64,000 nt of DNA from Macrostomum lignano (Eukaryota): the NCBI GenBank assembly GCA_002269645.1, contig NIVC01000384.1, positions 547,526-611,525 of the forward strand, written 5' to 3'. The notes under the pieces are model-generated. The model did no database searches. It worked only from the letters and a program-made list of their open reading frames with translations, and was not told the DNA's origin. Shown here piece by piece: positions 55,411 through 64,000 of the stretch. Numbering within the stretch: the stretch's first letter is position 1; every line of letters begins with the position of its first letter. Position numbers and translations under genes: made by a program.

Positions 55411-55874
55411 CTCTGTTAGCTGCGCTAAAGCTCCCCCCCCCTAGAAGAGCCGGTTGCGCAATCAGCTTTGGCAGAAAAAAGCACATTAAGTGAGGAGCCA
55501 TGTTTCTGTTTAAAAAAAGTCCTGTGGCCCAACGGCAGCAGCCATAGAAGATCTGAGGTCCCAACTCAAGTGGCTCGCTAGCCTCTCGGAGCTGCTGCAT
55601 GCGATTCTGTATCAATTTTTCCCTTCCCCACTTCCATTTTGTCGCTCAATATTTCGCTGAAGTTGCCGAGAATAAAAGCCGCACCAGCCGATCGATGCTG
55701 GTGCGAAAGAAATCGAAGCAAAAAAACGCGATTGCGTAATCATCGCCGGATGCCGGTGGGCCAGGGGTGGGGGAATGATGGCGGCTTAGGAATCCAGAGA
55801 TGTGCCAGTGGATTTAAGCTCGAGCACTGAATACCGGTTTGAACGCTTCCGTCTGCCTGCCAGTCTTCTTAAGC

Positions 55875-56180
55875 CCAAGTGTCTGTCTTGGTGTCTGTCT
55901 TGGTGTCTGTCTTTATGTGTCTGTCTTTATGTGTCTGTCTTTATGTGTCTGTCTTTATGTGTCTGTCTTTATGTGTCTGTCTTTATGTGTCTTGTTGTCG
56001 GTCTTGGTGTGTCTTGTTGTCTGTCTTGATGCGTCTTGGTGTTTGTCTTTGTGTCGGTTTTAGTGTGTCTGGTTGTCTGTCTTAGTGTGTCTTCTTGTCT
56101 GTCTAAGTGTATCTTGTTGTCTGTCTTAGTGTGTCTTGTTGTCTTGTGTCATTCTGTCAGTTTATCTTAGTGTCTGCCTG
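55875..56180. repeat. Degenerate TGTC-derived 14-bp repeat
   Basis: Unit tgtctgtctttatg, decaying to gtcttgtt variants. Confidence 0.8.
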
Positions 56181-56929
56181 TCTGGTGCTAATGCAGACAA
56201 ATCTCATGCCTCATGTCTCATGTCGGGCTGACGCCAGACGATACCCCGCTGGCACCCTCGCAGCTCGCCTAGCCCCGCAGACGAGCAGTCTCAGCAGAGA
56301 GTCTGAGTAAAGTCGCAGCGGCTGCGTGACGGCTGTCAGTCAAACAGAAATTGCGCTCCTTCTCGCCCAGCCTCAGTTCCTCCGTTACGCTGCGGCGCAT
56401 CCTGTCCGAAAAATTGAGAGAAAAATGATTTCATTTCCTCACTTTCTCCCAATCAGCTTTCAGTGACTCAGCGCTAAAGACACTCCTTGCCTCCCTTGCA
56501 TGAGCTGGCGAGAGCTGCCCTCTCCACCCCCCCCCCCCAGATCGTTTCCGCGCACCCAGAACAATGGCAGGGGAATCTCGTCCTCTGATTGACAGACAGA
56601 TACGCCTCCTACTCCAGCGGGCACTGACTCACTTTGCTCCAACGATGTCTCCAAGAGCAGCCGCAGTCGCAGAGCATGGCCCTGTCAATTAACCCTCACG
56701 GTGGGCAGGTGTTGGGCTGTTGTTCACTGATTTAATTTGGTAGGTTGGGTTGGAGGGGTTGTGGTCGTCTCCAAGTGTATGGTCCGTTGTTGTCCATTCA
56801 CAAATTCGACAATTGCTATTGTGATTGGCACCCGTGATTGAGGCCATAAAACAGTAATGAAGCATAGTAATATTTTCTTCAAAGATTTGGCCGACTTTTA
56901 TTCATATGTACGAGTACATACGGCACCCT

Positions 56930-57250
56930 CTGGTTCAGATGTATCTGTGTCACCTCCTCAGGTACGGATGTATCTGTGTCACCTCCTCAGGTGCGGATGT
57001 ATCTGTGTCACCTCCTCAGGTGCGGATGTATCTGTGTCACCTCCTCAGGTACGGATGTATCTGTGTCACCTCCTCAGGTGCGGATGTATCTGTGTCACCT
57101 CCTCAGGTGCGGATGTATCTGTGTCACCTCCTCAGGTGCGGATGTATCTGTGTCACCTCCTCAGGTGCGGATGTATCTGTGTCACCTCCTCAGGTGCGGA
57201 TGTATCTGTGTCACCTCCTCAGGTACAAATGTACCTGTGTCACCTCCTTA
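56930..57250. repeat. 29-bp minisatellite
   Basis: Unit gt(g/a)cggatgtatctgtgtcacctcctcag. Confidence 0.95.
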
Positions 57251-57649
57251 AGTGCAAGCTGAATGTCTCTTCATAGACTAATGTCTTTGTCATATCAGGT
57301 GCAATTTAAAAGTACACCTAATCTAAAAATCATATTTATTTTTATCATTTGATTTGTTTCCCAGCTTCATCGATTATACAGTAGGTGACAAATAAAAGCC
57401 AATTTTTATTGATTGAGCTAATAACAGACTGAACAAAGAGCAGCCAAAAAATGAAGCAGTTAATTTAAACAAAACTAGGCGTCCTCATTTGCTTGTTCTG
57501 CCTGGCAAACTTGCAGCAGGTCTTGAATGCGATAAAAATAAATTTATATTTGAGACGGGGAATTAATTGCATTCTCGCTGAGAGAGAGAGAGATGGGGGG
57601 GGAGGAACTGAGCGACAGCCGGCCATTGCCTGTCGTTCAACTAAAGAAC

Positions 57650-57735
57650 AACACGACGTGCGTGACGCGGCGGTGTTTTTGCTCTGAATAAATTATCCGC
57701 CCAAAAACTAACCAATCAGTCAGGGAATTCCCTGA
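57650..57735 (+). promoter_or_regulatory. Candidate ROR proximal promoter
   Basis: CpG-rich stretch with GC box ccgccc (57697), CCAAT (57712) and palindromic GGGAATTCCC (57723-57732), ~240 bp upstream of the candidate signal exon. Confidence 0.3.
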
Positions 57736-57968
57736 GAGGCAGAACTGCGGGTCAGGGCCGGTTTGGGAGGAAAACTCGTTGGAGGCCGATGAAGGTAGAC
57801 AGAGTTTCCTCTTGATGGCGCCTCAGTTCTGAGTTTGTTACAGACAAATTACCAACCAAAAACTTGTCCCATTTTTCCCCAAGAGACTCGTCCAGTGTCT
57901 CCGCATGTCCAGCGTTTTGTGTTGCAAGGTCTCACACGGTGTGCTTGGCCTCCAATTGCAGGTAGAAA

Positions 57969-58081
57969 ATGGCTTGTCGCAGCCAATCGACTCTTATGCT
58001 TCTAGCAGCCTTCTCGCACCTGCTGCTGGCCAGAACGGCGGAAGCGGCTCAAAGTTCATCGAGCGCTGCTCTGCCTGAAAT
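57969..58081 (+). CDS. Ror: Candidate ROR signal-peptide exon
   Basis: MACRSQSTLMLLAAFSHLLLARTAEAA followed by donor AT|GTGAGC. This phase-2 donor does not match the phase-0 acceptors at 58904/58913, so the linkage is unresolved. Confidence 0.4.
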
Positions 58082-58167
58082 GTGAGCGGCTTTGTTAATT
58101 TTATTATTTGCCTTTGGGCACTGGTTGGTCAATTTTAGGACATTAAAAAACTGGTTTTGACAATTTC

Positions 58168-58479
58168 AATGATAATATAATAATTGATTGCACCTGCCCT
58201 AATGGGCAGATGGGCAACCGACAGCTCAGCCGCAGCTATTGCGCGGCGCATCTGAAGGCTGCGTACGGCTGTTCAGACCAAGGACTGGGGGGTCGCCACA
58301 CACACCCTCAATTACCCCAGCTAATGCTGGCACCCATTTTACAGCTGGGTGAACTGAAGCAATGCAGAGTTAAGTGTCTTGCTTGCTCAAGGACACAAAT
58401 TGTTCCGAGTGGGCCGGGAATCGAACCCCCGACCTTCAAGTCGTGATTCCAACGCTCTAACCACTAGGCTAAAACCCCC
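58168..58479 (-). mobile_element. tRNA-derived CORE-type SINE, copy 2 (most complete)
   Basis: The minus strand reads tagcctagtggttagagcg...ggttcgattccc with tRNA-like A-B box spacing, then gtgtccttgagcaagcaagacacttaactctgcattgcttcagttcacccagctgtaaaatggg (resembles MIR CORE) and an AT-rich tail. Confidence 0.88.
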
Positions 58480-58904
58480 ATATTCATGTTAAATTTCAGG
58501 TATGCTATTAAGGGCACCGTGCTAGGGGAAGGGCTAGGGGAATCATTTAGGGCAGTTGTGAAATTAATTTTCCCAGTCCAGGCGGTTGCTAGGAGAGCGT
58601 CACGGAAAAGACAGGCGTTGGCTAAAGTAATAATTTATATAATAATAATAATAATTAAATAATTAAATAATAATCTACTCATCTTTCTCCTATTTAAAGG
58701 ACAGGGACAGGGAGAGAGGTTAAGGACAGTCAGACTGTTGCGAGCTTGTGGCAAAAGCACCTTCATTTTTCAGCGCTCTTATGGCACTAAAAATGCCACT
58801 CTGATACGTTAACCCCAGATAGCTTAGTCATTTTATAGGAATTAAGTACTACGGCATGCAAAAGCAAGTAACGACCTCCAAATATTACTTTGCGTCTTCT
58901 CTAG

Positions 58905-59134
58905 CCCGGACAGTGTCCGAAAAAACCGGACGATTTGTCCGGCCTACGCCAGTCCATCACCCTGGCCAGGGAGATTCAAAACGAGACGAAATACCTGGGC
59001 GAGCAGGTGGTTATCTACTGCGACATTGTGGGTACACCGGTGCCAAACTACCAGTGGTACAAGGACGGCGCGCCATTGCCTGACGGAGGCGCTGATCGTC
59101 GGATCCGCGCCGAGGTCACTCTGTACGGGGCAGT
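58905..59134 (+). CDS. Ror: ROR exon: Ig-like domain, first part
   Basis: Acceptor ttctctAG|. VVIYCDIVGTPVPNYQWYKDG is an I-set Ig motif. Donor GT|GTGAGT, phase 2. Confidence 0.88.
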
Positions 59135-59189
59135 GTGAGTTGCTTCTGCCCTGGCTTGGATTTAAAATCAATCTTGGACTCTTCACTCT

Positions 59190-59300
59190 GATACCTCCTC
59201 TCTCGGATCCTTCTCTCTGATGACCCACTCTCAGATCCTTCTCTCTGATGCCCTACACTCGGATCCTTCTCTCTGATCCCCACTCAGAGGATCCTCAGAT
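59190..59300. repeat. Short degenerate ~28-bp repeat in a ROR intron
   Basis: gatccttctctctgat repeated three times. Confidence 0.7.
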
Positions 59301-59406
59301 GCTTGCCTGTAAGGAGCATCCCGACTGTCAGTTCATAAGTGCATGCTCACTTCTTTTCTCAAAGCACCTCGGTGACAGCTGTTCCGACATCGCTCCCAAA
59401 TTGCAG

Positions 59407-59723
59407 GCTGAGGATCCGGCAGCTCAGAGTGGCGGACTCGGGCAGCTATCGCTGCTTGGGCTCAAACCCAGCCGGCCGAGTCGACACCACCGGGTTCCTG
59501 ATTGTCTACCCAACCAGGCGACCCTCGCGTAAGGACGGCAAACATAAGCCGGATGCACCGTCTGACGTTGGAGGCGAGGGCGCCGAAGGAGACTCAGGAG
59601 CGGTGCAGACCGGCTTCTGCCAGCGCTTCAAACCGAACGTCTGCAGAGGATTTCTGGGCGGGCGAGACGTCTTTGTACGGTCGAATATGTTCCAGTTTAA
59701 CAAGGAGGCCGAACTGCTGCACC
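59407..59723 (+). CDS. Ror: ROR exon: end of Ig domain + start of Frizzled-type CRD
   Basis: Acceptor ttgcAG|. LRIRQLRVADSGSYRC (DxGxYxC), then GFCQRFKPNVC. Donor C|GTGAGT, phase 1. Confidence 0.9.
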
Positions 59724-60200
59724 GTGAGTTGTCTGGCTGTTGCTTGTTACAGCTGCTATTTGACAGAGAATGTCAACTTCTCAAAACCACCCTCAAACTG
59801 AACGGAATCTGAACTGGACTGTTCGACTCTCAAAATTGAGGCATCTAACAAACCAACGTCTTCTGACCTTAAAATAGGAAAAGAGAAAGAGGAAAAGTAG
59901 CCCTGTGCAATCCTGTGCAATCCTGTGCAATGATACTGCGAACAACCAACTCCATTGCAGAGCCTTAATTTAGGACATGATGAAGTTCCGAAATTCCTCA
60001 AATTCATTCCCAGGGGCTACAAAGACAGGGGTCACATGGGATGCTTTGGGCTCCGTTGTTTTGACCTCGTGCTCCATTTCAATGCCTAAATGAACAGCAC
60101 CATTCAGAGCGTTAAAAATAAATAAAAAACTTACCTAAGAGTTAAATACGACCCAGAAGGTTATCCACATCTCTCCATTGTCTTTTCACTCGCATCGCAG

Positions 60201-60452
60201 TGCTACAACGAATGGCGGACATAGTGAACGACACCGAGTGCACCCAGCCCGTCATGGAGACCCTGTGCCGATACAATTTTCCCGAGTGCCATCGACCGGT
60301 TTCCCCTGATGGCGCCGAGATTTTGGCGCCAATACCGCGGCGCCTGTGCCGAACCGACTGCGAGAAAGTGACTCAGCACTGGTGCCGTGAGAACTTCGAG
60401 AAACTGCGAGCGAGCTTTAGCTACTACCAGGAGAACACCCACTCAGACATTG
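60201..60452 (+). CDS. Ror: ROR exon: CRD core
   Basis: Acceptor atcgcAG|. ECTQPVMETLCRYNFPEC...RRLCRTDCEKVTQHWC. Donor G|GTGAGA, phase 1. Confidence 0.92.
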
Positions 60453-60529
60453 GTGAGAAATTTTCTAGCACAGAAGGAGTGCATTGTAGTCTTCTTTGAA
60501 TTTGACTGCTCAACCTGCTCTCATTGCAG

Positions 60530-61012
60530 ACTATCTGGGGCTGCTGCCCAACTGTGCGGCGCTGCCCGCCGAGACCACTCTGTGCGTCAGTCTGGCGCCG
60601 GAGCTGCAGTCGACGACTTCTCCGCCTCAGCTGCCTCAAACGTCAACACGCAGCAGGCCAGCTGTCCAAGGCTGCTACAACGCCAGCGATGCCACGGGCT
60701 ATCGTGGACCGGCCGCGCGTAGTCGCTCCGGTCGCGTCTGCCTACCGTGGAGCCTCGTGCCCGGCTACGGAGCCCTTGGCGACCACAACCAGTGCCGCAG
60801 CCTGCCCGTTGCTGGCCCGTCTCTGGGGGTCGCCGGGTCCGCGGCAACTCCGCCGCCACCGCCGCCGCCCTGGTGCTTCGTGTCCGGCGCGGGCGAATGG
60901 GAGGACTGCGGCCTGCCGCCCTGCTCGCAGCCGCCGCAGCCTCCACCGGCGCGACCAGTTTTCCCCAATACGCCTCCTCTGGTGAAGTCGCCGCCGAAGC
61001 GAGCTGGTGGCG
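60530..61012 (+). CDS. Ror: ROR exon: CRD end + kringle domain
   Basis: Acceptor cattgcAG|. LPNC...LCV completes the 10 CRD cysteines. Kringle CYNASDATGYRG...SGRVCLPW...HNQCR...PWCF...WEDCGLPPC. Donor G|GTAAGT. Confidence 0.92.
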
Positions 61013-61112
61013 GTAAGTTTGGACTCTACATGGTGCACTGCAATTCACATTTAGCATGGACACCGTTGACGTGTTTACAATTAAAAGAAAATTATTTGTT
61101 CCTCCATTCAAG

Positions 61113-61455
61113 GCCACGCCATTGCTGATGGAAACCGCAAAGTCGGAGACGAAGGAGACAGTGAAAAAATAGTCGTGTCAGTCAAGGAAATTCTACCTGT
61201 CGTGATCTCCCTGGCCGTCCTCTTACTCGTTGCCATCGTTCTAACCATAGTCTTCTGCGTTTATCGACGCTCAGCCAAGGCAGCCGCCGCTGCCGACGCG
61301 GCAGCAGCCGCAGCCGCCGACGATCCGTGCGGGCTGGCCAGCGGCAAGGCAATGCGGCTGGCGGCCACCAAGAAGTCCGTCTCGGACGTCAGACTGGATC
61401 TGCAGTGCACAACGCCGTTGCTCACGGCGCAGGAGTTTCCCATTACTCAGATTCG
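61113..61455 (+). CDS. Ror: ROR exon: transmembrane + juxtamembrane
   Basis: Acceptor ccattcaAG|. ILPVVISLAVLLLVAIVLTIVFCVYRR is the TM helix with a basic stop-transfer. Donor CG|GTGAGA, phase 2. Confidence 0.92.
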
Positions 61456-61490
61456 GTGAGAAAAGCTTGACCGAAAACCCAGACTCATTT

Positions 61491-61757
61491 TAATGATGAT
61501 AATTGATTAAACCTGCCTTAATGGCCAGATGTGCAACCGACAGCTCAATCGTAGCTATTGCGCGGCGCACCTGAAAGCTGCGTACGGCTGTTCAGTCCAA
61601 GGACTGGGGGGGGGGTCGCCACACAGCCTCAATTACCCCACCCATTTTACAGCTGGGTGAACTGAAGCAATACAGAGTTAAGTGTCTTGCTCAAGGAGAA
61701 TCGAACCCCGACATTTCAGCCGCCAGTCCGACTCTCTAACCACTGGGCTACAATCCC
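61491..61757 (-). mobile_element. tRNA-derived CORE-type SINE, copy 3 (ROR intron)
   Basis: Same head (tagcccagtggttagag...ggttcgattc), core and tail as copies 1 and 2. Confidence 0.85.
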
Positions 61758-61986
61758 AGTTGTAGGATTTTTATTGAAGACTCAATTTGACCCTTATAGT
61801 GCTTGCTACGAACTAAATGCCATGGAAACATCCTGTAAGCTTGCCGTACAAGCCAATGTAGAACGTAGACGTCTCGTCTCGGGAAGTACATGCAGCGAGA
61901 ATCTCAGAGCTCTAGGAACCAAAATTCTATTGCATCCAAATCCCAATGCAGATTTAATTATTCCAAAACTTCTCTCCCACTTTCAG

Positions 61987-62983
61987 ATTCGGAGAACTTC
62001 TCGGCGAGTCAGCGTTCGGTCGCGTCTACAAAGGTGAACTGATAGGCGTCTACAGCGAGACGTCTCTGACACCGGTGGCCATCAAGTGCTTGAACGGCAG
62101 TGCAGATGCGGCCCTAAAGGAGGAATTCTCCCAGGAGCTTCAGCAGCTGGCCGGCCTGTCCCATCCCAATCTGACCCGACTTCTGGGTGTGTCGCTGCGC
62201 CAGAGCCCCTGCTGCCTGGCCATGGAGCTGCCTCCGCACGGCGACCTTCACGAGTTCCTGGCCTACAGAAGTCCTCGAAGCGAACACAGCGGCGACTATC
62301 ACGATCCCCTGAGCCAGGCACAGATGTTCCACATGGCCACTCAGGTGGCCTCCGCTGTGGAATACCTGACCCTGAGGTGCCTCGTCCATCGGGACATCGC
62401 GGCAAGAAATATTCAGCTGGGCGACAAGCTGGAGTGCAAACTGAGCGACCTGGGCCAGTGCCGCGACATCTACGCGCCTGACTACTACCTGCTACGGCCG
62501 GGCAGCCGCCTGCCCATCCGCTGGATGCCGCCCGAGGCCACGCTCTACGGCCAGTTCTCAACCCACAGCGATGCCTACAGCTTCGGGGTGCTGCTGTGGG
62601 AGATCTGGTCCTACGGCCTGCAGCCCTACTACGGCTATTCGAATAGTGACGTCATTGAGCTGGTGCGCAAGCGCCAGCTATTGGCCTGCCCGCCGGACTG
62701 CCCACCCAGGCTGTACAGCCTCATGCTAGAGTGCTGGACCCAGCCGATGGTACATCGAGTGTCGGCCACTGAGATCTGCAATCGATTGAGACAGCTTCAA
62801 GCGGAGGTTCTGGTCGAACTGTCGACTTCATCTCAGGGCTCGTCGGGCAACACCAACTCGACTGCGTTCAGCGGCGAACGGCCGATGGGGCAGCTGGCTC
62901 AGCCGGCCTCTCAGCGAGTCATTCCGGTGCCAGTGCCGCAGTTGAGTCCCCCAGGGTCCAGCGCGGGATCCGCGGCTCGATAA
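61987..62983 (+). CDS. Ror: ROR exon: tyrosine kinase-like domain + Ser/Pro-rich tail
   Basis: Acceptor tttcAG|. RFGELLGESAFGRVYKG, VAIK, HRDIAARN, SDLG, YAPDYY, LPIRWMPPEA and SYGLQPYYGYSN..VIELVRKRQLL are highly characteristic of ROR. The six exons from 58905 sum to 2622 nt (874 codons), in frame. Confidence 0.95.
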
Positions 62984-64000
62984 CGGCGTACAGCAGCGGC
63001 GGCGGAAGCAGCTCAATGGTGCAGAGCTACCAGCTGCACGGACCGCCTCAGAGGCAGCCACTGGGACTGCGGCAGAACTTCCACTCCACCATGGCTGTCT
63101 GAACTAAACGGATCGCCGGCAATCAAAGTGCTGGATTCCCCCCCCCCCGACTGACATTTCCCATCCAAGATTTCAACTGCCTGACGCGATAGCGGTACTG
63201 GTGGCCGGGCATATGGCTGCAGCTTTTTGTAGTGCCGAGAGACCCGCTGGCGGACTGCATTGCATGTCGCCATCTGGCAATACCATCTCTGGACCGATTT
63301 GATGGGACCGAAGCCGCCGTGACAAAGAGGGACACTCACTGTGATGGGCACAGCTGATGGAATGCAATTTGACGCGATTCGAGAAGGAACTTTATGACGG
63401 CCCCCAATCCTGTACAAGCGATCGTGACTTTGCATTGACATCCCAGGGACGCCTGACCCCAGCTAAAACCGCTGCAGTTTCGAGAGCCGAAAGTTCAGCC
63501 ATTTTTACTAATAACATCAAGAGATAAACATTTTGACACAAGTGCAGCTGAGTTTCTTGGCTTTCCTTCACACTGTATCTGTTCCCGTAAGAAGCAATCG
63601 GCACCTCAACTTCATATCTACTCGCTATAATTGTCAGTTTGAAAAAAACTCTCCCGGAGCGACTTCACTGCGAACTCGTTGCATTATCAACACACCGTTG
63701 TTTTGAAGACGCTGGAAGCACAAAAATGCTTGTACATTTTGATCATTTATTTCTGTTTAATCTTGTCAGTTCAACTCTCGTGTCTGGATGGCCTTTTGTT
63801 TTTATTTTGAGATAGGGAACTGCAAATGCGGGTCTCTAATAGCTGAAATATACTCCTGTTTCATACTTGCTTAATCGAAACTATGACTTTTATAACTGCG
63901 AGTCATAGTAATTTTCGATAGGGATCGTGTTTGAACGTCAGCGCTGGCTGTGGCACGATGTCACCGAAGCAGCGATATTCATGAAAACTGAAAAGCATTC

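Noticed and set aside
55680-55706. 9-bp GC-rich hairpin (cgcaccagc...gctggtgcg) as a terminator or Helitron end
   Set aside because: Eukaryotic context, with no U-tract or CTRR end at the expected distance.
63013-63441. 142-aa minus-strand ORF downstream of Ror
   Set aside because: No recognisable domain and no upstream exons in the window. It partly shadows the probable ROR tail and 3' UTR.

Overview
This is eukaryotic (animal) genomic DNA with GT-AG introns, GC-rich exons and very dense tandem repeats. A free-living flatworm such as Macrostomum is my inference only. Five genes can be built by hand with phase-consistent splice sites. Three are paralogous two-exon rhodopsin-class orphan GPCRs: GPCR-1 (-, 443-2000), GPCR-2 (+, ~7766-10252) and GPCR-3 (-, 12470-~16286). 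The others are a GPI-anchored Ly6/three-finger protein of the quiver/sleepless type (+, 19742-20839) and a ROR receptor tyrosine (pseudo)kinase (+, 58905-62983; Ig-CRD-kringle-TM-kinase). About 21-57 kb has no recognisable gene and holds more than 20 unrelated micro-, mini- and satellite arrays plus TE relics. The most striking structure is a 429-bp, ~99% identical INVERTED repeat shared by convergent GPCR-2 and GPCR-3. It covers exactly TM1-TM3 plus the splice donor and brackets their two strongly diverged TM4-TM7 exons. It is either a gene-conversion tract or an invertible cassette that would swap receptor halves in frame. Other highlights: a CORE(MIR)-type tRNA-SINE supplies the stop codon of GPCR-2; an antisense promoter-like module sits in the GPCR-3 intron; a 238-bp satellite has a polar higher-order structure built on a GGTCCAC(C/G)TAA motif dispersed through the region; and there is a probable 1-bp frameshift in the ROR tail. 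All alignments and counts were done by eye; no searches were run.
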